A stretch of DNA of 64,000 nt, taken from Candidatus Bipolaricaulota bacterium. GTDB lineage: Bacteria > Bipolaricaulota > Bipolaricaulia > UBA7950 > UBA9294. Numbering within the stretch: position 1 is the first letter of the stretch; each line of letters begins with the position of its first letter. Below the pieces are notes generated by a model. It was not told the DNA's origin. It did no database searches and saw only the letters and a program-made list of their open reading frames with translations. Below are positions 1 to 8,367 of this stretch, one piece after another. The position numbers and the translations under genes are program-made. The stretch covers positions 115,794-179,793 of the forward strand of contig JBFMGK010000003.1 of assembly GCA_040752575.1 (NCBI GenBank), given 5' to 3'.

Positions 1-267
1 GTCGAAGACCCAGAACACCCGTTTCGCCCCCGGAGCCTGCAGAGCGTGATAGAGCGTCGACGATAGGTGAAGGAGAAACAGCGTCGCACCGTAGATGGCT
101 ACGCTCGCCACGTGGAGGCCCGTCCCGCCTCGTACGGCACGCGCGACCAGAAACACCGTTCCGACAAGGCTCAGGACCGCGCCGACTCCATGGGTGACGC
201 TGTTCGCGATCTCCTCGCCCACCGTGGACCTAGGGGGATGCCTCTTCGCATCGTGCTTACCGTCCAT
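1..267 (-). CDS. Hemolysin III / PAQR family membrane protein (5' part; runs off window)
   Basis: Not in the ORF track. Manual translation from ATG at 267: MDGKHDAKRHPPRSTVGEEIANSVTHGVGAVLS...SSTLYHALQAPGAKRVFWVFD. The EEIANxxTH and SxxYH motifs are typical of HlyIII. Confidence 0.9.
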   Translation of the reverse strand, partial: MDGKHDAKRHPPRSTVGEEIANSVTHGVGAVLSLVGTVFLVARAVRGGTGLHVASVAIYGATLFLLHLSSTLYHALQAPGAKRVFWVFD

Positions 268-997
268 GGGAGGAGTGTACTCGAGCGGGCGCCACGCCAC
301 CCGCACCGTCGGCGGGCCTGGTTCGGCGGTAGAGCAGCGCGCGGCCTTCCTTGCCCACAAGGAGGAGCGCGCCGATGCCGCGCAGCACGTAGGCCACCTT
401 CTGGGCCAACCAGCGCGGACGGCCCAGTGCGGCGGCCAGATCGGCGGTCGTGAAAGGCTCCGCGAGTTCTGCGGGGAGGACGGCCAGGTAGTCGGCCGGC
501 GTGCTGAACGAGGTGCAGTCCACGATCTCGAGAAGGTGGCGTTCGCAGACGCTGTGCGTCGGTCGTCCGCGAGACGCGCCAGCCTGCCGAATCTCCTTCT
601 GTCGGATCAGCACGACGTCGAGAGAGAGATTGGGGTCGGCGAGCACGTCGCGCAGCCCGACGAGGTCGCGGAACACATCGATGACGGTTCCCCGATGCGG
701 CGATACCCGCTCCCTACGGGACCTGCCTTCGGCATCGATCGTTACGACCACGGTCTGCACGGCGACGGGGATGACGAGGCGCACGGGGTGTGAGACGAGA
801 AGGCGCGAGAGCTTGGTGCGGAGCCGCGAGGCTCCCTGAGTCTGGATTTCCACGACCATCGGACCGCGAAGGATGTCCGCGACGAAGCCACAGACGGGGA
901 CTTCGAACAGGTCGCCCTCTTCGGAAACCCAGGCGCGAAGTGCGGCGTGCAGCGGCTTCTCGTTGAGCGTTCCGATGTGGGGCGCGATCGGCCCCAC
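257..997 (-). CDS. Conserved hypothetical protein, PD-(D/E)XK nuclease-like
   Basis: 3' part of ORF 257..1537; probable GTG start at 997. IGTLNEKPLHAALR...FVADILRG..VVEIQT gives a D..E-x-Q/K pattern, with a possible C-terminal HTH (FTTADLAAALG). Confidence 0.6.
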   Translation of the reverse strand: MGPIAPHIGTLNEKPLHAALRAWVSEEGDLFEVPVCGFVADILRGPMVVEIQTQGASRLRTKLSRLLVSHPVRLVIPVAVQTVVVTIDAEGRSRRERVSPHRGTVIDVFRDLVGLRDVLADPNLSLDVVLIRQKEIRQAGASRGRPTHSVCERHLLEIVDCTSFSTPADYLAVLPAELAEPFTTADLAAALGRPRWLAQKVAYVLRGIGALLLVGKEGRALLYRRTRPADGAGGVAPARVHSSHGR

Positions 998-1008
998 GAC
1001 GCGTTCAC

Positions 1009-1443
1009 CTACCGGACGACGAGCCACGTGCCCACAACGATTGCGGCGTATCCGATCGCGCGACCCACGCTCAGGGGATGATGGGGCGCACCGAGCCAAC
1101 CTAGGTGGTCCAATGCCGCGCCGAGGGCCAGTTGCGCGGCGATCGTCAGCGTCAGCGTTGTGCCCAGTCCAAGGCGCGGTACCGCGTAACTCACGGCCGC
1201 GACGATGCCGACGCCGACGAGGCCCGCGGGAAGGGCCAGCCAGGGGATCGACTTCCACGTCAGGGTCGCCGCCGAGGGCCAGAGGGCGGCCAGGCCGATG
1301 GCAAAGGCAAGCCCGGCTGCGTGGATGACCAACGAACTTCCCAGCACTCCAATGCGTGTCCCGACGATTCCCGAAAGCGAAGACTGAACGGCAATGGCTG
1401 CGCCGGCGGCCAGCGCGACCATGGCAGTTCCCCAGACTCCCAT
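1009..1443 (-). CDS. DMT family (YdcZ/DUF606-like) inner-membrane transporter
   Basis: 144 aa, hydrophobic. AGAAIAVQS and PRLG...AQL...LDHLGWLG motifs match the YdcZ family. Confidence 0.85.
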   Translation of the reverse strand: MGVWGTAMVALAAGAAIAVQSSLSGIVGTRIGVLGSSLVIHAAGLAFAIGLAALWPSAATLTWKSIPWLALPAGLVGVGIVAAVSYAVPRLGLGTTLTLTIAAQLALGAALDHLGWLGAPHHPLSVGRAIGYAAIVVGTWLVVR

Positions 1444-2195
1444 CAGGCGCTTCCTCCCCCGCTCGCCGCGTTCCCTTCTTCCATCCGCCGTGCGACGAGG
1501 TCATAGATGAACCTGCACTGCACCGAAAATAGGACAAGATGGCCCAGAACGCGATCCCGGTCGACCGAGGGAGTGCGCGCCTCGCCGGCCTCGGTCTCGG
1601 CCAACAGAGCCGTCGCCTTCAGACCGGACAGATGGGCCTCGAACTCAGCACCTTCGTCGGCGGACGTGCCAAGGCCGCTGACCTTCTCCCGGCAAGCTGC
1701 GGCGGCCTCGGAAGCCGACTTGCGGCGTACCGAGGCAGGCTGGTCTCCTGCGCGACGAGCGACGTCCCGCAACACGTCCTTCGCGGCGCGGGAGAGCAAC
1801 ACGGCGGCCGGGCGCGTCAGCCCCCGCTGAAAGGCGGCCGTCGCATCGCGAGCTGACTCCGTCGCGATCGGCGGCAGACGGTTTCCTGTCGAATCTTGAA
1901 GCCGTCGCACATACCCATCGGGATCTTGGGCCGCTGTGGCCCCGTCATCGAGGCAGAGCGACCCAAAGTCCGTCACGTGGAGAAAGGGCAGGTGAAGATT
2001 GAGCGAGTTCTTCCCGGGGGCAAGGATCCCGGCGATGAGAAGATCCCAGATGACCTCGTGGACGGACAACGCGTCGCCACGTTCATACCCGGGCGCTCGC
2101 CCTCGAATCTCGTTCTCGATGGCGTGAACGTGCGTCTGCGGCGTACGGCGCAGCACGGCCAGGATTTCCTGTCTTAGCCAAGCTTTGTCGATCAT
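1443..2195 (-). CDS. Hypothetical protein
   Basis: ATG at 2195 (MIDKAWLRQEILAVL...). Its stop overlaps the next ATG, and it is globular-looking. Confidence 0.65.
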   Translation of the reverse strand: MIDKAWLRQEILAVLRRTPQTHVHAIENEIRGRAPGYERGDALSVHEVIWDLLIAGILAPGKNSLNLHLPFLHVTDFGSLCLDDGATAAQDPDGYVRRLQDSTGNRLPPIATESARDATAAFQRGLTRPAAVLLSRAAKDVLRDVARRAGDQPASVRRKSASEAAAACREKVSGLGTSADEGAEFEAHLSGLKATALLAETEAGEARTPSVDRDRVLGHLVLFSVQCRFIYDLVARRMEEGNAASGGGSA

Positions 2196-2300
2196 GACGC
2201 GTCTCCGACGGTGAGTCTCGAAGCATATCGCCCGTTGCCACGCCGCACCAAGCGGGCTTGCCAAGCGGAGCCGTGAGCCGTACTTTGAGGGGGGAGGTCC

Positions 2301-3359
2301 ATGGAACGTCGCACGAGATGGGCACACCCTTCGCTGGGGAGCGCGCCGGGATCGCTGGTGCATGCCGGGCCGTCACGCTCGGCGACCGTCGGGCTGACGC
2401 GCATGGAGTACGACCGCGGATCCGTCGACGAGACGCATCCCGAGGCTCCCGGGGCAATGGACGAACTGCGTCCGCAGCGCGTCCTTTGGCTGGACGTCGA
2501 CGGAGTCCACGACGAGGAAGTCGTTGCCGCCATCGGACGTGCGGCGGGGATCCATCCCCTCACGCTCGAGGACATCATGCACACGGGCGAGCGTCCGAAA
2601 ATCGAGGAGAGCGAAGGGACGCTTTTCGTTTCGCTACGAATGCTCCGACTTCGTTCCGATCGAGAGGTCGACGACGAACAAGTGAGCTTGGTTCTCGGGC
2701 CGTCCCGGGTGATCTCTTTCCAGGAACGAGTCGGCGACGTGTTTGACCCGGTTCGCGAGAGGATTCGCTCTGGCAAAGGGCGGATCCGCCATGCCGGGGC
2801 CGACTACTTGTTCTACGCACTGATCGATGCGATCGTCGATCACTACTTCGTTGTTCTCGAGGGACTCGGCGACGCCGTCGAAGATATCTACGAACGCGTG
2901 ACCCGTGACCCGGGCCGAGGGCCGCTAGAGAGCATCCGGCACATCCAACGCGAACTGCTGTACGTGAGGCGGGCCGCCTGGCCGCTCCGCGAGGTCCTGA
3001 GCGAGCTCCTGCGCGGTGAGTGTGCGCTCATCGCGCCCGAGACGCTTCGCTATGTTCGAGACGTCTATGATCACACGCTTCAGATTCTGGAGACGACCGA
3101 GACGTATCGCGAAATGGTCGCGAGCATTATGGACGTCTATCTGTCCGGCGTCAGCCAGCGAACGAACGAGGTCATGAAGGTCCTTACGATGATCGCAACC
3201 CTATTCATTCCACTGACGTTCATCGTCGGAATCTATGGGATGAACTTCGCCTGGATGCCTGAACTGGATTGGCGCTACGGATACTTCGTCATCCTCGGCG
3301 GCATGGCCGTCGTCGCCGTGGCCATGCTGTTCTACTTCCGCAAGAAACACTGGCTCTAG
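2301..3359 (+). CDS. corA: Magnesium/cobalt transporter CorA
   Basis: WLDVDG, HPLTLEDI..ERPKIE and the YGMNF..MPEL signature, with two C-terminal TM helices. SD GGAGG upstream. Confidence 0.97.
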   Translation: MERRTRWAHPSLGSAPGSLVHAGPSRSATVGLTRMEYDRGSVDETHPEAPGAMDELRPQRVLWLDVDGVHDEEVVAAIGRAAGIHPLTLEDIMHTGERPKIEESEGTLFVSLRMLRLRSDREVDDEQVSLVLGPSRVISFQERVGDVFDPVRERIRSGKGRIRHAGADYLFYALIDAIVDHYFVVLEGLGDAVEDIYERVTRDPGRGPLESIRHIQRELLYVRRAAWPLREVLSELLRGECALIAPETLRYVRDVYDHTLQILETTETYREMVASIMDVYLSGVSQRTNEVMKVLTMIATLFIPLTFIVGIYGMNFAWMPELDWRYGYFVILGGMAVVAVAMLFYFRKKHWL

Positions 3360-3412
3360 CTCCGCTCTCGTCCATCGTCGGGGAGCGAGGTGCGTTCACG
3401 GCCTGCGAAGCG

Positions 3413-3622
3413 CTAGAGATAGTCGTCGTCCTCTTCGTCGTCGAGGTCCTCATCGTCGTCGAAGTCGTCTTCCTCTTCGATCCACTCGAGCCTCACCGGG
3501 TCCTCTTCGACGACCTCGAGCAACGCCTCGCACTCCTCGCAGCGCAGGCGGTTGAAGAGCGACAGTTCCTCCTTGTCGACGTCGAAGGCCGCGTCGCACA
3601 CCGGACAGACGATCTTGCTCAC
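3413..3622 (-). CDS. LysW/ArgW-like zinc-ribbon protein with an acidic tail, lacking C-terminal EDWGE
   Basis: GTG start after AAGGAGG. Sequence MSKIVCPVCDAAFDV...CEECEALLEVVEEDPVRLEWIEEEDDFDDDEDLDDEEDDDYL. Confidence 0.75.
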   Translation of the reverse strand: MSKIVCPVCDAAFDVDKEELSLFNRLRCEECEALLEVVEEDPVRLEWIEEEDDFDDDEDLDDEEDDDYL

Positions 3623-3891
3623 AGTGCCCTCCTTGACTTCGGCATCGTACGGCAACGGGCGCTTCGCAGCGCGCCCGGATCGCCTTCCCTGCGCTGCCGG
3701 CAGTCCCGAATCCCCGCTCGACTTACGGCTCTTCACGCGCCTCTCCCGCTCTTTCCGATCCTTCGCCTCACCGGCGGCCTGTCCCGAAAGAAAAGCGTAG
3801 AGCCAATGGCATGTTCAGGCCGCAGGATAGCCAGGCTTCCCAGGGGGCGTCAATAGCGCGTTGGGGTCCCTTGGTCCGCCGGCGACCGGGG

Positions 3892-5283
3892 TCATGTGTC
3901 CACGTCCGATCTTTCGGACCTCGGCGAAACCCCGCCCAGGACGTCCACGACGAGTCCCGACAGGAGACTCACGGCACCGCCGAGGACACGCTCGTCGAAG
4001 TCGAACGTCGACGTGTGGGCCGCCAGGACGCGCGAACGGTCGGCATCATCGCGATGAACGCCGGTCAGGTCCGCGCCGAGTCCTACGTAGGCTGCCATCC
4101 CGCCTCGCTCCTGTACGTGCAGCATCATCTCGGTGAAGTCTTCGCTTCCCCCCACGGCATCGACGGCGAAGCAGTGGAAGTCCCCGACTGCCGAGGCGAC
4201 GTGCTCGATCCGGCGCGCGAGGTCGGGGTCGCTTCGCGCCGTCCCTGCCTCCCCCATGGGGCGAACCTCGACGGTGCAGCCATACATGGATGCGGCGGCC
4301 GTCACGACGGCAAGGGCTCGCTCGGCCATGAAGGCACAGAGCTCCATCGTCTCGCCGCGCACCTCCGCCACCAACAACGCTTGCTCCGGGATGACGTTCC
4401 GGCCGCTGCCTGCGGTGAGCCGGCCGACGTGAACGCGTGTGAACCCCGCGTGATGCCGTGGCAGGGCGTGGAGGTGAACGGCGGCCGTTGCCGCGGCAAG
4501 CAGGGCGTTCCTGCCTCCCTCCGGCATGCCGCCAGCGTGGGCCGCCTCGCCACGGAAGAGGACATCGAGCTTGCGCGTTGCCGCATACCCGCCGAGGCCG
4601 GGAGCGAGTTCCCCGAGGGCCCAGCCCGTGAGCACGTGGCAACCCACAACGATGTCCACGTCGTCGAGATGCCCGGCTTCGACGATCGAACGCGCACCCC
4701 GCACGCCTTCTTCGGCCGGCTGGAAGATCAGCTTCAGCGTGCCCTGCAGTGAATGTTTGGAGCGGGCGAGGGCGTGAGCCACCCCGAGGCCGATCGCCAC
4801 GTGCCCGTCGTGGCCGCATGCGTGGCAGATTCCTTTGTGAACGGATGCGAATCCCTCACGGAGCGGACGATGCGTCGCTGCTTCGCTCTCCATCAGATCG
4901 AGCGCGTCCATGTCAAAACGGAGAGCGACGACGGGTCCACGGCCCCAGCGCCTCAACGCCACTGCGCCCGTCATGCCTCCCCGCATCGTCTCCAGAAGGT
5001 CGCCGTCTACCCCTTCGGCGCGGGCGCGGGACCATGCGGCGTCCAACGCCTCTGGATCCGGGACGCCCCTACGCGACGCGGCTTGACACACATCGGCGCC
5101 CAAGAGAGGCGAGTACCCCAAGGCGCGCAGGCGCTCGACCACGATCGCCGTCGTGCGGAACTCTGTCCAGCCCGTCTCCGGGTGACGATGGAGATCGCGG
5201 CGATCGGCGATGAGAGAGGCCTCTGTCCAGTCACGCTCCAGCGGCTCCTGCGATCCGCGTATCACGCCGCGCAAGCCGGGCAC
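3892..5283 (-). CDS. M20D amidohydrolase, AbgA (p-aminobenzoyl-glutamate hydrolase A)-like
   Basis: RRDLHRHPE, RFDMDAL, HACGHDGH, FQPAEEG and GGSEDF motifs. Exact start uncertain. Confidence 0.9.
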   Translation of the reverse strand: MPGLRGVIRGSQEPLERDWTEASLIADRRDLHRHPETGWTEFRTTAIVVERLRALGYSPLLGADVCQAASRRGVPDPEALDAAWSRARAEGVDGDLLETMRGGMTGAVALRRWGRGPVVALRFDMDALDLMESEAATHRPLREGFASVHKGICHACGHDGHVAIGLGVAHALARSKHSLQGTLKLIFQPAEEGVRGARSIVEAGHLDDVDIVVGCHVLTGWALGELAPGLGGYAATRKLDVLFRGEAAHAGGMPEGGRNALLAAATAAVHLHALPRHHAGFTRVHVGRLTAGSGRNVIPEQALLVAEVRGETMELCAFMAERALAVVTAAASMYGCTVEVRPMGEAGTARSDPDLARRIEHVASAVGDFHCFAVDAVGGSEDFTEMMLHVQERGGMAAYVGLGADLTGVHRDDADRSRVLAAHTSTFDFDERVLGGAVSLLSGLVVDVLGGVSPRSERSDVDT

Positions 5284-5301
5284 AGCGCTCCTCGCTCACG
5301 G

Positions 5302-6411
5302 TCAGAACTCAAGGGTGAACGCTCCGTTCTCGTAGATCTTCTGGTCGTCAACTCGGATCACGCCGCCGTCTCGCAGATCGCACACGAGATCCCAGTGAAT
5401 GGCCGACTCGTTCCGGCTTCCCGTCTCGGGCATCCCCGCGCCGAGCGCCATGTGGAAGCTCCCGGCGATCTTCTCGTCGAACAGGGTGTTTCCTGTGGCT
5501 CTCTGGATTCCCTCGTTAGTGCCGATCGCAAACTCCCCAACGCGGCGGGCCCCCGGGTCCACGTCGAGGGTTCGCTGAAGGAAGTCGTCGCCCTTCTCCG
5601 CATGAGCCTTCACCGCGACTCCCTGCTCAAACCAGATCTCAACGCCCTCAAGGCGGCGTCCGTCATAGACCGTGGGGTAGGAGAAGCGCACGTGTCCCCG
5701 AACGGAGTCCTCGACCGGGCCGGTGAAGACCTCTCCGTCGGGCATGTTCCGCTTCCCGTCGCAGTTCACGAACGTGCGACCCGCGATGCTCATCTCGAGG
5801 TCAACGCCGGGAGCCTGCACACGCAGCGCATGCTTTCCCTTAAGCCAGTTGACGAGCCTCTCCTGCCACGCGGACAGGGTCTGCCAGTGGCGCACCGGAT
5901 CGGTGAGGTCGGGGAGGCAGGCTCGGAAGACGAAGTCCTCGTACTCGGCGAGACCCATCTCGGCGTCCTGGGCGTAGGCGGGTGTGGGATAGAGGCAGCC
6001 GACCCAACGCAGATCGCCCGACGCGGCACGGCCCATAAACGTCTTGAAAAGGTCTCGCGACGCCTCCTTCGAGGCGACGAGTCTGGCGGGATCGACGTTG
6101 GTCAGTTCTTTCGTGTTTGAGGATCCGGACAGCGATAGGATCACGTCGTACGTCTCGTAGACAAGACGAGTCGGCGGGGCGACGTGCCGCAGTTGTTCGT
6201 CGGAGGCATGCCGGAAGAACAGCTCGTCCATGCCGGGGAGTTGGGCGCGCAGGAAGGGAAGCCCGCCTGCATCGAGCACCTCGACGAGGACAGCCTTCAA
6301 CAGCGGTTCAGCGAGCGCGCTTCCTTGAACGTATACCTTGTCCCCCGGGCTTACCGACGTGGAGTACCGAACGAGAACCTCGGCCAGCTTTGCCACGCGT
6401 GGATCCGTCAT
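5302..6411 (-). CDS. Aminopeptidase, M29 family (AmpS/AmpT-like)
   Basis: Start MTDPRVAKLAEVLVRYS after an SD. NMPDGEVFTGP, GEFAIGTN, LFDEKI..SFHMALG and SAIHWDLV motifs. Confidence 0.93.
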   Translation of the reverse strand: MTDPRVAKLAEVLVRYSTSVSPGDKVYVQGSALAEPLLKAVLVEVLDAGGLPFLRAQLPGMDELFFRHASDEQLRHVAPPTRLVYETYDVILSLSGSSNTKELTNVDPARLVASKEASRDLFKTFMGRAASGDLRWVGCLYPTPAYAQDAEMGLAEYEDFVFRACLPDLTDPVRHWQTLSAWQERLVNWLKGKHALRVQAPGVDLEMSIAGRTFVNCDGKRNMPDGEVFTGPVEDSVRGHVRFSYPTVYDGRRLEGVEIWFEQGVAVKAHAEKGDDFLQRTLDVDPGARRVGEFAIGTNEGIQRATGNTLFDEKIAGSFHMALGAGMPETGSRNESAIHWDLVCDLRDGGVIRVDDQKIYENGAFTLEF

Positions 6412-6481
6412 GCCGCCTCCTTGGGGCCCCAGATTCTGCCCGAGTCCGACGATAGCGGCCGCTCCGAGGTTGGGCAAGGGA

Positions 6482-7249
6482 CTAGACGGGAAGCAGCTCG
6501 AGATCACGCGCTGTGTTGACGGGCCGCCCGGGAGACAAGACGGCCACTCGGCGCAGGCCTCCGTAAGCCGATGACGTGAACACCGTCAGACAGCGATCCC
6601 CGAACAGGTACGTCGGCGCGTCAGGTTGGTGCGAGCGCACGAGGACCCGAACACCGAGGGTCGCCGAGCGAATACGAAACTCCTCGGGTCCCAATTGGGG
6701 GCGCCCGGTGACGTAGGGAAGCTCCTCCCCCGGTTGGCGCCAGTCTCCCCAGACGACGTCTCGCCACGCGGACTCGCCCGGCGCGAGAGACGCGATGGTG
6801 TCGAGTGTTGGACTGTCCGGGAGGGCTCCGTGAACAGCGAGGACCCGCGCGGGGTGCCACGCCGCCAGCGGAAGTCCGAGAAGGAGATCGGCCAGTTCGG
6901 CGGCGACATGCGGTTCGAGCGACTCCCAGAAGTCGGCGATGCGAAAGCGCACAGCACCGTAGGCTTCGTGGTTTCCGCACAGGAGAAAGGTCGACGCCGG
7001 CCTCGCGATCTTCTGCGCGAGGACACGCTCGAGCGTCGATGCCGACGCGGGTCCGCGGTCAACGGTATCTCCGAGGAAGACCACCACATGCTCAGGGTCC
7101 CCGAACTCCCGGATGACCGTTTCGACCGCTTCGAGATCCCCGTGAGTGTCTCCGACATAGACGATCCGGCGGTCTTCCGGGAGGCGGATTACCCGTTCCT
7201 CTTTGCGAATCACGGCCATGGCGCGGCGAGCCGTCTCGATCAGCGACAC
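6482..7249 (-). CDS. Ser/Thr protein phosphatase, PPP family metallophosphoesterase
   Basis: GDTHG, GDTVDRG, GNHE, VHG, RSHQ and TVFTSSAY motifs. Confidence 0.88.
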   Translation of the reverse strand: MSLIETARRAMAVIRKEERVIRLPEDRRIVYVGDTHGDLEAVETVIREFGDPEHVVVFLGDTVDRGPASASTLERVLAQKIARPASTFLLCGNHEAYGAVRFRIADFWESLEPHVAAELADLLLGLPLAAWHPARVLAVHGALPDSPTLDTIASLAPGESAWRDVVWGDWRQPGEELPYVTGRPQLGPEEFRIRSATLGVRVLVRSHQPDAPTYLFGDRCLTVFTSSAYGGLRRVAVLSPGRPVNTARDLELLPV

Positions 7250-7340
7250 GAAAACCTCCTATGGGCCGCCGGGGCCTGGAGCGCCCCGCTCGCGCTCTCG
7301 CGCAGGTTGCCTCATGGTAACGCAGAGCGGCGATGATCTG

Positions 7341-7369
7341 TTGACATCACGCGCGGCTCGTGGTACGGT
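7341..7369 (+). promoter_or_regulatory. Sigma70-type promoter
   Basis: TTGACA-17 nt-TACGGT with a TG extension. Confidence 0.6.
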
Positions 7370-7377
7370 TCCGCGTC

Positions 7378-7464
7378 ATGAATGCGAGCTTGGCTTTCCA
7401 GGCGAATTGGGATACGGCAGCTTCTCGGGCTGCCGTATCGGTTGCGTTCACGACGACGAGATAG
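7378..7464 (+). CDS. Candidate 28-aa leader peptide (MNASLAFQANWDTAASRAAVSVAFTTTR)
   Basis: ATG lies 8 nt after the -10 box. The ORF is followed directly by a hairpin and a terminator-like structure. Confidence 0.35.
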   Translation: MNASLAFQANWDTAASRAAVSVAFTTTR

Positions 7465-7505
7465 CCCGTCCGTTTCGCGGACTGCGAGATCGGACGGGCG
7501 TGGAG

Positions 7506-7539
7506 GACCGCAGGCGACAGCCTGGGGTCTTTTCTCTTT
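7506..7539 (+). terminator. Rho-independent terminator or attenuator
   Basis: GACCGCAGGC-GACA-GCCTGGGGTC stem (one mismatch) followed by TTTTCTCTTT. Confidence 0.6.
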
Positions 7540-7573
7540 ACCCAGGACGCCGGAGTGGCGGAAGGAGGTTGAG

Positions 7574-7861
7574 ATGGTCGGGAAGAGACGAGCCGAGATG
7601 GGTTTGCATGAGGTGGCCGAGACCACGCGATCGCCGGCGGCCATCGTCGACCTCATACGATTGAGTTACGTTCATCGGCTTCACGCGGCGTTGCGCGGGT
7701 CGCCGGACATGGCGCGCGTCCTGTCCGCCGTACACCGAGCCCTCGATGCGTGGCCGGATGCGAAGGGAATAGGAGTGGACGACGCTCAGGCGTGGGTTCG
7801 CGCGGCGCTGGCCGATGTCGTTTCGCGTACCGCGGCGATGACTCCACCGCGTTGCGGCTGA
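7574..7861 (+). CDS. Small hypothetical protein (95 aa)
   Basis: Strong SD AAGGAGGT before ATG 7574; lies in frame of ORF 7382..7861. Confidence 0.55.
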   Translation: MVGKRRAEMGLHEVAETTRSPAAIVDLIRLSYVHRLHAALRGSPDMARVLSAVHRALDAWPDAKGIGVDDAQAWVRAALADVVSRTAAMTPPRCG

Positions 7862-7912
7862 GCGTTTCCTGCATCACAGGCGCTCGGGGAGGTTTGGCGT
7901 ATAATGGGGCCT

Positions 7913-8350
7913 ATGGCGACGTTGGACGAAGTAGCGCGGTTCCTCGGCCTTTCCAAGCGGGCTGTTCGCTTGCGTGTCGATGCGCTGGGCGGAATGCTGG
8001 AGCGCTACATGTCGCGCGGGGAACGGAATCGCCTCATCTTCCGCGGTGAAGCCGTCGCCATTCTGCGACGCCTCGAGGAGCTGCGCCTCGAGGAGGGACT
8101 TCCGATTCGCGAAGCGGCCGATCGACTCCGCGGCGAGATCCATGCTGACGGCGAAGGCCCTTCGGGCGTCGTTCTCGTGATCCGTCCCGAAGTCGAGTTC
8201 GCTCTTGTGCAAGAGCTCTTGCGAGACGTCAGCCGAGAGCGCGACCAGTGGCGTGAGTACGCGCTGGCGCTGCAGTCTGTATTGCCTGCCGAACTCAAGT
8301 GGCTCCATTCGGTTGCCCCCGCGTCGCCGGGGGACCGCCGCACGAACTAG
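7913..8350 (+). CDS. HTH (MerR/excisionase-like) DNA-binding protein with C-terminal coiled coil
   Basis: MATLDEVARFLGLSKRAVRLR N-terminal HTH. TATAAT lies 7 nt upstream of the ATG. Confidence 0.65.
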   Translation: MATLDEVARFLGLSKRAVRLRVDALGGMLERYMSRGERNRLIFRGEAVAILRRLEELRLEEGLPIREAADRLRGEIHADGEGPSGVVLVIRPEVEFALVQELLRDVSRERDQWREYALALQSVLPAELKWLHSVAPASPGDRRTN

Positions 8351-8367
8351 AGCGCCGGCCCTCTGCC

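Noticed and set aside
257..2195. Nuclease-like and hypothetical genes as a defence island
   Set aside because: There is no recognisable defence gene set, composition shift or mobility gene, and they are interleaved with a DMT transporter and hemolysin III.
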